Virus record (IMG/VR): IMGVR_UViG_3300042465_006498
Strand: one strand, 5' to 3'
Length of the DNA stretch: 64,000 nt
DNA from: an uncultured virus (IMG/VR IMGVR_UViG_3300042465_006498)
Taxonomy: Duplodnaviria > Heunggongvirae > Uroviricota > Caudoviricetes
The notes beneath the pieces were generated by a model. The model worked only from the letters and a program-made list of their open reading frames with translations. It was not told the DNA's origin and made no database searches. Below are positions 20,977-29,124 of the stretch, one piece after another. Position 1 is the stretch's first letter. Every line of letters starts with the position of its first letter. The position numbers and the translations under genes were made by a program.

Positions 20977-21617
20977 CCCATGATCCAATCGTCACGCACT
21001 TGATCTAGTTTGACCATGCCCCAGTTTTTCAACAAGTCAACAGCCGCAAACTGGCCGTATTGTTTGCTGTAGGCATCATGTGGTTTTTGTTCTATTACCA
21101 CAACAGGTCTGCAACGTCGAATGGTTTGTTCTGCACCTTGCAGTATGCGATACTCATAGCCTTCGCAGTCAATTTTGATGTAGTTTATATCATGCAAGTT
21201 TAGATTGTCAAGCCGAACCACTTGCACATTGCCTACGCCCATGGTGTTGGGGTCAAGATGACTGTGCCCCGAATTGTCTTCGGTAATGATCATGGTTCCC
21301 ATTGTGTCCTGATCGCCCAGCGCAATGGGACGAACTTCAAAGTTTGCTCCTGTTACATTGCTTTCCAGACATTCTCTAAACACAGCAACAGGTTCAAAGG
21401 CTATCACACGGCCAAAACTTTTCACAAGATCACGACTCCATAAGCCCACATTGGCACCAATGTCCAGGGCCACATCTCGTCGGGTGCATAATTCAATGCT
21501 GCGTTGTCGCACAGCAATTTGATATTCAGCTGGTAGACCTTTGTCTACACTTTTCTTCAACATCCGTGGCAGGTGTGTTTCGAAGTCGGGAAATTGCCAT
21601 CCATAGTGTTCACGCAT
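20967..21617 (-). CDS. FkbM-family methyltransferase
   Basis: LDIGANVG, AFEP, IKIDCEGYE, RPVVVIE. Confidence 0.9.
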   Translation of the reverse strand: MREHYGWQFPDFETHLPRMLKKSVDKGLPAEYQIAVRQRSIELCTRRDVALDIGANVGLWSRDLVKSFGRVIAFEPVAVFRECLESNVTGANFEVRPIALGDQDTMGTMIITEDNSGHSHLDPNTMGVGNVQVVRLDNLNLHDINYIKIDCEGYEYRILQGAEQTIRRCRPVVVIEQKPHDAYSKQYGQFAAVDLLKNWGMVKLDQVRDDWIMGWQ

Positions 21618-22422
21618 TTGATAACTCCTTGGTTTGTGTTAGTATTCTAGCGGCTGTGCCATTGGCCAATTCATCAATGTGAAATTGACCATACGCAAGA
21701 TGACTGGTCCAGGCATATATTTCATCAGTGGTGGGATACCACGGATCTTCAATTTGACTCAGGTCCGTGTTGCTTACAGGTTGGGCAGCATTGCTGGGTG
21801 CCAACACAAACGTTGGTACACCAGTCAGTATGCTTTCTGTTGCGGCTACACTGTTGAACACAACCACTGCATGCACATCATCTTGAATGCGTTGTGCAAA
21901 TGTGTTGTTGGCTCGGAATCTAGGATCAGGATTGCGATCTCTAATGTAAACTGGGCGATCAGTGTATTTTTCTATTTCGGCCTTGGTATTGGCCAACCAT
22001 TGAGCCAGTTCGATGTTGTAAAACACACATGGTTTAGCGTCAGGTGCAGCAATTATGATGGCCTTGCCGTGACGGCGCCGAGGCATGTCTATGCCAAAAC
22101 GTTCCCATCTATCTCCGGGCCGCCGGACCACTGCGCCGTGTTGTAGATTGTTGTCCACTATTCTGTGCCAGTGTTTCCATCCACTGGGATTGGCTGCGCT
22201 GGGTTTGTTACCAAAGTAACCTGAATCAATGTATCTAAACTGTCGATCATCAGCCCAGCATTGTTTGATCAGTTTGTGTTTCATGATACCCCGTATTACC
22301 AAGGGATTGGAATCCTGTGAGTAGTCCCAGGTTTCTAGTACAGTGGGCCGAGCACCTGACCCATGTGCAAACATGTTGACGTATTCGTCTGTTCCGCGTT
22401 TACTGAGATAAGTCCAGGTCAT
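21610..22422 (-). CDS. Putative GT-B glycosyltransferase, paralogue of 15384-16370
   Basis: IDSGYF, RPGDR, FNSVAATESILTGVP, LAYGQF..E..NG; ATGA overlap gives start 22422. Confidence 0.55.
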   Translation of the reverse strand: MTWTYLSKRGTDEYVNMFAHGSGARPTVLETWDYSQDSNPLVIRGIMKHKLIKQCWADDRQFRYIDSGYFGNKPSAANPSGWKHWHRIVDNNLQHGAVVRRPGDRWERFGIDMPRRRHGKAIIIAAPDAKPCVFYNIELAQWLANTKAEIEKYTDRPVYIRDRNPDPRFRANNTFAQRIQDDVHAVVVFNSVAATESILTGVPTFVLAPSNAAQPVSNTDLSQIEDPWYPTTDEIYAWTSHLAYGQFHIDELANGTAARILTQTKELSNA

Positions 22423-23222
22423 TGCCAATAAGTTTCTTTTCGTTGTACCACAAGATCACTTCTTCTACTGCGGCCTTGGTCTTTGCGAGCACCTTTGAGA
22501 TGATCAATGTAGGTGCCCCATTCGCAATTGATCAGTGGGTGTCCTTCACCAGTGATCAACCCTTGGCTCCAGTTCAATTCATGCATGAGAAACTTTACCC
22601 TCACTGCATCAAATACAAAACTGTCGTGCCATTCTTTCAGAGTAAAAATTCCGTTTTCAGCATCATCGTACATGCGTTGAAACTCTGTTAAAAATTCTTG
22701 AGCAACAGGAGAAGTCAAATGCATGCCGTACAATCCGCATTCGGTAAATTTGTTGGCCCGCCCAGCATAGCAAAGGTCCGCAGAATCAGGAAAGAACTGT
22801 TCAAGTTTTGATGTGTTGATGGTGTTGTGACACACCATGTCTGCATCCATCCAAATTAACCATTCAGTGCCGCAGTTACGAGCAGCATGAAACACAGCAT
22901 ACACCTTGTGCGCAAATCGCACAGCATTCCATTTGAATCCTTTGCCTGCATCTTTGCGTTTGCTGCGTACTGGGTCAGCGCCAACATCGCCATTGGCGCG
23001 GGGCACATGACCCCAGACTCTTTTGAATTCAACCAGTTCGGGACTGGCCTGTGCCAAATTGACTATTTTTAAATTTGGAGCCTGCTGCGCAATAGCAACA
23101 TCTTCGGCATACACCAGCAACTGCACATCCTGAGGCCACGTGGACAAAAATGTATCTATCATGCGACTGCCGTATTGTTTATAACCACTGGCATTAAATG
23201 TGGTAACTACAGAGTATTTCAT
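22419..23222 (-). CDS. GT-A glycosyltransferase (nucleotide-diphospho-sugar transferase)
   Basis: RFAHKVYA, WMDADM (DxD), ECG, WHDSFVF, HLKG. Confidence 0.7.
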   Translation of the reverse strand: MKYSVVTTFNASGYKQYGSRMIDTFLSTWPQDVQLLVYAEDVAIAQQAPNLKIVNLAQASPELVEFKRVWGHVPRANGDVGADPVRSKRKDAGKGFKWNAVRFAHKVYAVFHAARNCGTEWLIWMDADMVCHNTINTSKLEQFFPDSADLCYAGRANKFTECGLYGMHLTSPVAQEFLTEFQRMYDDAENGIFTLKEWHDSFVFDAVRVKFLMHELNWSQGLITGEGHPLINCEWGTYIDHLKGARKDQGRSRRSDLVVQRKETYWQ

Positions 23223-23233
23223 ATCAGATACTT

Positions 23234-24082
23234 ATGATCAAAAACATAGCCTATTTCCCTTTTCAGGTGGCACTCAATGGTCCACCTGTGTTAAATGCAG
23301 TACTGGATACCTTGCAGTCTGCTGGTATACAAACACAAGAAAATTCCTGGACCTCAGATGCTGCTGTGATTTGGAGTGTGCTGTGGAAAGGTCGCATGCA
23401 GGCCAATCAAGCAGTTTATCAGCGCTATCGTGAACAAAACAAACCAGTGATCATTATTGAAACAGGTGCCCTGTATCGTGGCAACACCTGGAAGATCTCA
23501 GTAAATCATGTGGATGCCACGGGCTATTATGGACATACTCAGAATCTTGATTTGGACCGTCCCAGGCGCCTGGGTGTAAGCCTGGCAGTAAATCTCAGTT
23601 CTAATCCTGTTGTGTTGATCACAGGTCAACACAACCGCAGCCACCAACTGGCCGGTGTGACACAAGAAGTCTGGATGTCTGACGTCATCGACAAGATTAG
23701 ATCTGTAACTGATCGTCCCATTCATGTGAGACCGCACCCACGTTGTGCACTTGATTGGAGCCAACTGCCCCGGGACATACATCGGGAGCAGCCCAAAAAA
23801 CTAGCTGGCACCTATGACAGTTTCAACATACGGTTTGATTATCACGCTGTGGTCAATTACAATTCGGGTCCAGGCATACAAGCTGCCATAGCCGGAGTTA
23901 GACCAATTGTTCATAAAACCAGTTTGGCACATCCTGTATCAATCGCAATAGACAACATAGATCAACCTTATGATCTTGACCGACACCAGTGGTTGACAGA
24001 GATTTGCCACACTGAATACACTCTTGACGAAATAAAACAAGCACTATGGCTAAAAAGAATCTTGCCCGCTTTGACGGCGTAA
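23234..24082 (+). CDS. Putative GT-B glycosyltransferase, capsule-biosynthesis-like
   Basis: IETG, VRPHP, YNSGPGIQAAIAGV. Confidence 0.55.
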   Translation: MIKNIAYFPFQVALNGPPVLNAVLDTLQSAGIQTQENSWTSDAAVIWSVLWKGRMQANQAVYQRYREQNKPVIIIETGALYRGNTWKISVNHVDATGYYGHTQNLDLDRPRRLGVSLAVNLSSNPVVLITGQHNRSHQLAGVTQEVWMSDVIDKIRSVTDRPIHVRPHPRCALDWSQLPRDIHREQPKKLAGTYDSFNIRFDYHAVVNYNSGPGIQAAIAGVRPIVHKTSLAHPVSIAIDNIDQPYDLDRHQWLTEICHTEYTLDEIKQALWLKRILPALTA

Positions 24083-24786
24083 TTGACTGTGCATGCGTGA
24101 TACACAGTTCAGGCTATGACTGGACCTATGTGGATCGACTGTACAACATGCTGAACCGACACTTGTCCGGCGGCATACGTATGCATGTGTATACTGAAGC
24201 CGATAGACCAGTTCCGGACCACATGATCAAACACACACTTACCGATTGGCCAGGCATTGCTGGACCACGACGCAGTTGGTGGTACAAATTACAGCTATTC
24301 AATCCTGAACATCATGCTGGTAATTTGTTGTATCTCGATCTTGACATGGTACTGGTTCGCAGTATTGACTGGGTGCGAGATCTTGATCCTGGCCAATTCT
24401 GGGCCATACGAGATTTTCATTATCTTCAGCGACCCCATGTGACCAAGATCAACAGCAGCATGATGTGGTTCAACGTGTCCGCCCACAGTCATGTGTGGCA
24501 GCAGTTTGCAGCCAGCGATATAGAAAAAACCAGTCGCAGATACCCAGGAGATCAAGATTATCTTGCACAGGTAATTGATCGACATCAGCAAAGATTTTTT
24601 GAAGATCGATATTTTCAAAGCTATCGCTGGCAATGCCTGGACGGTGGATTTGACTTCCAAAAACGCCTTTATCATGCCCCGGGCACTGGTGTTGCAGTTG
24701 CCGGAGATACTGCGGCCATTGTGTTCCATGGCCGCCCTAACCCACACGAAACACAGGACCCACTGATAGTTGAACATTGGCAGTGA
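24046..24786 (+). CDS. GT-A glycosyltransferase
   Basis: WWYKLQLF, YLDLDM (DxD), NSSMM, GDQDYL, FHGRPNP. Confidence 0.75.
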   Translation: MAKKNLARFDGVIDCACVIHSSGYDWTYVDRLYNMLNRHLSGGIRMHVYTEADRPVPDHMIKHTLTDWPGIAGPRRSWWYKLQLFNPEHHAGNLLYLDLDMVLVRSIDWVRDLDPGQFWAIRDFHYLQRPHVTKINSSMMWFNVSAHSHVWQQFAASDIEKTSRRYPGDQDYLAQVIDRHQQRFFEDRYFQSYRWQCLDGGFDFQKRLYHAPGTGVAVAGDTAAIVFHGRPNPHETQDPLIVEHWQ

Positions 24787-24812
24787 TTTACAACATCCAG
24801 TGCACACACACC

Positions 24813-24864
24813 TATAAATACTATTCCAATAACAGTTGACACTAGTGTTACAGACTGTTATAGT
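24813..24864 (+). promoter_or_regulatory. Dual promoter for porin: TATAAATA (late-like) plus sigma70 TTGACA-17-TATAGT
   Basis: TATAAATA 24813-24820; TTGACA 24836-24841; extended -10 TGtTATAGT ending 24864; AAGGAG RBS. Confidence 0.7.
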
Positions 24865-24890
24865 AAACTACTTCAAACAAGGAGAAATCA

Positions 24891-25778
24891 ATGAAGAAAT
24901 ATGCTTTAGTAATGGCCCTAGCATTGGCCGCATCCCTGGCGCAAGCCGACGTTGCTGTGTACGGTAAAGTACGCCAGTATTTGAATACCGACGCTGTTGG
25001 CACTGCCAGCGGTGTTACTGCGTTGACAAATGATACCAGTCGAATTGGTTTCCGTGCCAGTGAAAAGTTGGCCAATGGTTTCACCGCTGCTGCTGTTGTT
25101 GAAACCAGCGTGTTGGCCGATGCTCCGGGTGCTACAAGCCTGGGCGATCGCGAAAGCACAATTGGCTTGTCCAACAAAATGATTGGCGTGCGTATGGGTC
25201 GTGCATCACATGCATATGATTCTGTAATTGGTGCATTTAGCCCTGTGAATGATTTTGGTGCCAGCACCGGAACAACTCACACTCAGCCCACAAGCCGCAT
25301 TCAGAATGCTGTGTTTGGTGCTGTGAACGTGGGACCTGCTGCTGTTCGTTACGATCGTGGATTGTCCGAAGTTGCTGGCACTGATGACGTGCAAGCTACC
25401 AGTGTTGCTGCCACTTTTGGACCAGTTGCGGTTGGTGCTGCTCGCCACATCGGTTCTGGTAGTGACTACAACTCTGTTGGTGCTAGCTACAATGCAGGCA
25501 TTGCCACTGTGTACGGATTGTGGAGCGAGCAAAAAACTGCTGGTGCCACTGTCAACACTGGCAAGAGTGTAGGCGTTGCTGTTCCTGTAGCAGGAACTCC
25601 TGTCACAGTAAAAGGTTCGTATGGTCTCAACACCGCTGACACCAAGAGCTACAACGTGCAGACCACTTATGCATTCAGCAAAACAACATCTGCTCATGCT
25701 GTGTTCCGCAAGGACAATGCAGTTCTTGCAGCCAACGACCGCCAGCAATTTGGTGTTGGTTTAGAATACAATTTCTAA
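24891..25778 (+). CDS. Gram-negative outer-membrane porin (betaproteobacterial Omp32/Neisseria-porin type)
   Basis: Signal peptide ending AQA, VAVYG, SRIGFRASEKL, RESTIGL, amphipathic beta strands, C-terminal GVGLEYNF. Confidence 0.85.
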   Translation: MKKYALVMALALAASLAQADVAVYGKVRQYLNTDAVGTASGVTALTNDTSRIGFRASEKLANGFTAAAVVETSVLADAPGATSLGDRESTIGLSNKMIGVRMGRASHAYDSVIGAFSPVNDFGASTGTTHTQPTSRIQNAVFGAVNVGPAAVRYDRGLSEVAGTDDVQATSVAATFGPVAVGAARHIGSGSDYNSVGASYNAGIATVYGLWSEQKTAGATVNTGKSVGVAVPVAGTPVTVKGSYGLNTADTKSYNVQTTYAFSKTTSAHAVFRKDNAVLAANDRQQFGVGLEYNF

Positions 25779-25785
25779 ACCCAAA

Positions 25786-25806
25786 GTACTACTGTAAAAG
25801 TAGTAC
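25786..25806. repeat. Inverted repeat GTACTACT-N5-AGTAGTAC after porin
   Basis: Perfect 8-bp arms. Confidence 0.7.
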
Positions 25807-25817
25807 CTTTTTGTAAC

Positions 25818-25847
25818 AAAACCCTGCCCTGTGCAGGGTTTTCTTTT
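25818..25847 (+). terminator. Rho-independent terminator
   Basis: AAAACCCTGC-CCTGT-GCAGGGTTTT followed by CTTTT. Confidence 0.8.
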
Positions 25848-25849
25848 GG

Positions 25850-25902
25850 TTGACCATTAATGCCCAATTGGCTATAATACACACATAAACAGCAAAAAGG
25901 AG
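25850..25902 (+). promoter_or_regulatory. Early promoter cassette P1
   Basis: TTGACC-17-TATAAT then ACACACATAAACAGCAAAAAGGAG. Confidence 0.85.
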
Positions 25903-25907
25903 CCAGA

Positions 25908-26237
25908 ATGCAAGCAACAGAATTGGACACAAAAACAGCGCCATTTGCCTGGGTTGCGGCCAGAGATGCGGCCATGAAAAGTTATGTCGCTAGCACTCTT
26001 TACACAGAGTCTCAAAAAGTTCGGGCCGAGCGTATGAAGTTGGGCCTTGAATTGGTGTACTCCTTCAAGCAAACCTACATCACTTACCGTAAAAAATTCA
26101 TCACAATTAAGTTAGAACAAGCCCGTGTCAAAGACCGTAAAACTCTAGCTCTTTTAGAGCAAGATTATACAGTTGAGGGCAGTATTACTAAAGTAGTAAC
26201 AGATCAGGGTGTGACTTATCGTATTTTACGAGGTTGA
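25908..26237 (+). CDS. Small early hypothetical protein
   Basis: 109 aa, own promoter and RBS. Confidence 0.8.
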   Translation: MQATELDTKTAPFAWVAARDAAMKSYVASTLYTESQKVRAERMKLGLELVYSFKQTYITYRKKFITIKLEQARVKDRKTLALLEQDYTVEGSITKVVTDQGVTYRILRG

Positions 26238-26286
26238 CTCAAAATGCCCAATTGGCTATAATTAACGCTTAAACAGCAAACAGGAG
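26234..26286 (+). promoter_or_regulatory. Early promoter cassette P2
   Basis: TTGACT-17-TATAAT-TAACGCTTAAACAGCAAACAGGAG; -35 overlaps upstream TGA. Confidence 0.85.
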
Positions 26287-26292
26287 ATTGAA

Positions 26293-26484
26293 ATGGACTA
26301 CGCTAAACAACTGGAAATTGTCACCAACTGGGGTCGGGGCCACAACATCCAGGGCGGCATGATGAAAACTCTGCAGGCCATGCAGGCATGTGGGTCAGAC
26401 GAACTGCATCGCGATGAGCGTCAAGCATCGCGGTTGTTGATGGATCACTTTCAACAGTTGTTTGCCCGTGTGCAAAACGGTTGA
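26293..26484 (+). CDS. Small early hypothetical protein
   Basis: 63 aa, own promoter and RBS. Confidence 0.75.
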   Translation: MDYAKQLEIVTNWGRGHNIQGGMMKTLQAMQACGSDELHRDERQASRLLMDHFQQLFARVQNG

Positions 26485-26533
26485 CCATTAATGCCCATTC
26501 TGCTATAATTAACACTTAAACAGCAACAAGGAG
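26481..26533 (+). promoter_or_regulatory. Early promoter cassette P3
   Basis: TTGACC-17-TATAAT-TAACACTTAAACAGCAACAAGGAG; -35 overlaps upstream TGA. Confidence 0.85.
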
Positions 26534-26539
26534 AGCAGC

Positions 26540-26761
26540 ATGGGCTACAAGGTACTAGCAGACAAGACAGAAATGGACCAGATGCGCACCCGGTACAGTC
26601 CACGCAAGGGCTTGGAAGGTCCATTCAACTTCTCAGGCCGAGTGTTGTATTATGACAACAAAGAGGGCGCCTACTACGATCCTACCACAGACTTCTATGT
26701 GGAGCAGGCGGAAATGGATCTGATCCATGCACGATTGATGACTGTTTTGAGCAAGGTGTAG
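26540..26761 (+). CDS. Small early hypothetical protein
   Basis: 73 aa; GLEGPF...YYD..EG.YYDP..D.Y. Confidence 0.8.
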   Translation: MGYKVLADKTEMDQMRTRYSPRKGLEGPFNFSGRVLYYDNKEGAYYDPTTDFYVEQAEMDLIHARLMTVLSKV

Positions 26762-26768
26762 TGTTTTT

Positions 26769-26788
26769 GTGTTGCAAAAAAGCAACAC
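26769..26788. promoter_or_regulatory. Palindromic operator-like site GTGTTGC-N6-GCAACAC
   Basis: TGTTGC/GCAACA core ends 9 bp before the P4 -35; second copy at 27866. Confidence 0.6.
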
Positions 26789-26796
26789 TCAAACGG

Positions 26797-26849
26797 TTGA
26801 CCCTTAATCACCAAACTGCTATAATTAACACTTAAACAGCAAACAGGAG
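26797..26849 (+). promoter_or_regulatory. Early promoter cassette P4
   Basis: TTGACC-17-TATAAT-TAACACTTAAACAGCAAACAGGAG. Confidence 0.85.
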
Positions 26850-26856
26850 CCAGCAA

Positions 26857-27099
26857 ATGATCAAGCAATTTGTCCAAGTTAGTGCCCACAGAGACAGCAA
26901 CAATTTTGCACATTGCAGTAACCTGAGCCTGATGGCTGATCGCGATATGAGTGCCCTGCAAGCCCATCGCTACCTGCAGGTCATGGCCGATGACTATGCC
27001 CAGCGCGGATACACCGTTGAGTGGATTCGTGAGGACTGGGATGCGGCCTACGAAGAAATGTACGGTGACCTGTTTGAGTCCCAGGTCGTGTTTAACTGA
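26857..27099 (+). CDS. Small early hypothetical protein
   Basis: 80 aa, own promoter and RBS. Confidence 0.75.
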   Translation: MIKQFVQVSAHRDSNNFAHCSNLSLMADRDMSALQAHRYLQVMADDYAQRGYTVEWIREDWDAAYEEMYGDLFESQVVFN

Positions 27100-27114
27100 A
27101 ACAGGAGTTGACAA

Positions 27115-27318
27115 ATGTATAACTTAATTCTGGTGCTGGCCACAGGTGTTACCACTGTTGGTAATTACGCAAATCTCAATTCTTGTCAAGCAGAGCTGGC
27201 ACAATTTCAAAAACAAAATGTCACAGCGGCTTGCGTACAGCAACCCAGCCCTGAACAAAGCATGGCACAAGCCCAGGCCATAATGAAGAATTTTATGAAA
27301 ATCATGGAGCAAAAATAA
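27115..27318 (+). CDS. Small hypothetical protein, hydrophobic N-terminus, two Cys
   Basis: 67 aa; AGGAG RBS. Confidence 0.7.
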   Translation: MYNLILVLATGVTTVGNYANLNSCQAELAQFQKQNVTAACVQQPSPEQSMAQAQAIMKNFMKIMEQK

Positions 27319-27365
27319 CAACAATGTTGTTATTCTGGTATAATACACACATAGACAGCAAGGAG
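27314..27365 (+). promoter_or_regulatory. Early promoter cassette P5 (extended -10; -35 position occupied by a palindrome)
   Basis: AATAACAACA-A-TGTTGTTATT, then TGgTATAAT-ACACACATAGACAGCAAGGAG. Confidence 0.7.
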
Positions 27366-27370
27366 TACAA

Positions 27371-27616
27371 ATGATTGATCTAGCTCAAGAATACACAGTG
27401 GAGCACAACGGACGCTCTTACACATTCAAGCATGGTGATCCGTTTGATCGCGGCATGTCAGACAGCTACTACGGTCGTATCCGTGGTCCACACCGGGGTG
27501 GTGTTGGCGGCACCAGCGGTCTTCGTAACACAGACCTCTCTCTGCAAGAGATCGCAGACTACGGTGCAGGCTACAACTACAACGAGCACAGTGGCGAGAA
27601 AAAGAGCTGGGATTGA
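27371..27616 (+). CDS. Small early hypothetical protein
   Basis: 81 aa; HGDPFDRG..DSYYGR. Confidence 0.8.
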   Translation: MIDLAQEYTVEHNGRSYTFKHGDPFDRGMSDSYYGRIRGPHRGGVGGTSGLRNTDLSLQEIADYGAGYNYNEHSGEKKSWD

Positions 27617-27665
27617 CCTTTATTCGCAGTTGTGCTATAATTAATACTTAAACAGCAACAGGGAG
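27613..27665 (+). promoter_or_regulatory. Early promoter cassette P6
   Basis: TTGACC-17-TATAAT-TAATACTTAAACAGCAACAGGGAG; -35 overlaps upstream TGA. Confidence 0.85.
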
Positions 27666-27671
27666 TCCAAA

Positions 27672-27875
27672 ATGGGTTTTGAAACAGTGATTCTTGACAA
27701 GGTTAATACTGTTCTTAAATCAGACAATCAAGCCAGTTTCTTTTGCGGCACATTGAGCGTGATTTGCAACGAAGCAGAAGCTCGCAAAATCTATCACCGA
27801 CTCCGTAAAGATCAATACAAGGTCCAAGTCAGTCTGGATGGATCTTACGGTTACAACTTTGATTTTGTTGCTTAA
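27672..27875 (+). CDS. Small early hypothetical protein
   Basis: 67 aa, own promoter and RBS. Confidence 0.75.
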   Translation: MGFETVILDKVNTVLKSDNQASFFCGTLSVICNEAEARKIYHRLRKDQYKVQVSLDGSYGYNFDFVA

Positions 27876-27883
27876 ACGCAACA
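27866..27883. promoter_or_regulatory. Palindromic operator-like site TGTTGC-N6-GCAACA
   Basis: Ends 9 bp before the P7 -35, same geometry as 26770-26787. Confidence 0.6.
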
Positions 27884-27892
27884 CCGGGTTAG

Positions 27893-27950
27893 TTGACTAA
27901 TAATCACCATTCTGCTATAATTAATACTTAAACAACGCACACCAAAGGAG
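27893..27950 (+). promoter_or_regulatory. Early promoter cassette P7
   Basis: TTGACT-17-TATAAT-TAATACTTAAACAACGCACACCAAAGGAG. Confidence 0.85.
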
Positions 27951-27956
27951 CCAACC

Positions 27957-28979
27957 ATGAGTGCAATTCGTATCGTTCGCGGAGAGTATCGTAAACGTCC
28001 CGTAGCTGATCAAGTGTTCAGTCTTGTGTCGGGCTTTCAGTCCGGTGCCAAAGGCAACTTTGTGACTGTAAAAAACGACGGCAATTTTCCTAACTGTCCT
28101 GATACGATCCGTATCCGTGTTGACAACATTTCTGATATTGAGTATACTAACGGCATGACAGACACAACCACCAACGCTGCCAAGGCAGTGGCTGCACCAG
28201 CAGAAACAGAAGAACAAGCAATTGAGCGCATTCGTGAGCGTTTTGACATCCTGCACGAAATGACCAAGGCAGCAGTTACAGGTGACATTCGTGCCATGAT
28301 TGTATCAGGTCCTCCGGGCGTGGGCAAGAGCTTTGGCGTGGAGCAAGAGATTGAAAAAGCCACCATGTTTGACAAGCTGGCAGGCAAGCGCCTTCGTGCA
28401 GAAGTTGTCAAGGGTGCTGCTACTCCCATTGGCCTGTACCAGACTCTGTACAAGTATTCGGACGAAAATTGCGTAGTGGTGTTTGACGACTGTGACAGCA
28501 TCTTGCTGGACGATGTGAGCTTGAACCTGCTGAAGGGTGCCCTGGACTCAGGCAAGAAGCGCAAGATTTCGTGGCTATCAGAAAGCAGCAGCCTGCGCCG
28601 CGAAGGCATTCCAGACAGCTTTGAATTCAAAGGCAGTGCCATCTTTATCACAAACTTGAAGTTTGACAAGATGAAGAGCCAGAAACTGCGGGACCACCTG
28701 GATGCATTGCAAAGTCGATGCCACTACCTGGACCTGACTCTGGATACCATGCATGACAAGATTCTGCGTATCAAGCAAATTGCCAAAGATGGCGTGTTGT
28801 TTGCAGACTATGATTTTGAACCCGAAGTTCAGGACGAGATCATTGCGTTCATGGACGCCAATCAGAATCGTCTGCGTGAAATGAGTCTGCGTATGGCAAT
28901 TAAAATTGCAGACCTGCGCCGGATGAGCATGCTGAACTGGAAGCGTCTAGCAGAAACAACTTGCATGAAGGTGGCTTAA
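27957..28979 (+). CDS. AAA+/P-loop ATPase of unknown function
   Basis: GPPGVGKS Walker A, VVFDDCD Walker B, ITN sensor, ALQSR. Confidence 0.85.
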   Translation: MSAIRIVRGEYRKRPVADQVFSLVSGFQSGAKGNFVTVKNDGNFPNCPDTIRIRVDNISDIEYTNGMTDTTTNAAKAVAAPAETEEQAIERIRERFDILHEMTKAAVTGDIRAMIVSGPPGVGKSFGVEQEIEKATMFDKLAGKRLRAEVVKGAATPIGLYQTLYKYSDENCVVVFDDCDSILLDDVSLNLLKGALDSGKKRKISWLSESSSLRREGIPDSFEFKGSAIFITNLKFDKMKSQKLRDHLDALQSRCHYLDLTLDTMHDKILRIKQIAKDGVLFADYDFEPEVQDEIIAFMDANQNRLREMSLRMAIKIADLRRMSMLNWKRLAETTCMKVA

Positions 28980-28980
28980 T

Positions 28981-29088
28981 ATGTTTGAAATTTGGGATGG
29001 TGACTTGTTCTTGTACGCTGTGGACACTGTGTACGAAGCCGATGAACATGAGGCCAATGGTTTTACTGTGAAAGAAATTAAACAATAA
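28981..29088 (+). CDS. Small acidic protein (35 aa, not in ORF track)
   Basis: MFEIWDGDLFLYAVDTVYEADEHEANGFTVKEIKQ; starts 1 nt after the ATPase stop and ends just before the hairpins. Confidence 0.6.
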   Translation: MFEIWDGDLFLYAVDTVYEADEHEANGFTVKEIKQ

Positions 29089-29124
29089 TCCTGGGCGCTG
29101 GTTGGCTCCGGCCCAGGCTTTTGG

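Noticed and set aside
25206..25748. Long antisense ORFs (here and e.g. 6563-7165, 28037-28669, 56227-56832, 58123-58674)
   Set aside because: Shadows of well-supported genes on the opposite strand; no motifs or RBS.
27108..27113. TTGACA as a promoter
   Set aside because: No -10 at 16-18 bp; it lies between an RBS and an ATG.
25850..27950. CRISPR array suggested by regularly recurring repeats
   Set aside because: Repeats are promoter plus RBS units, imperfect, and separated by 200-500 bp coding sequences; no cas operon.
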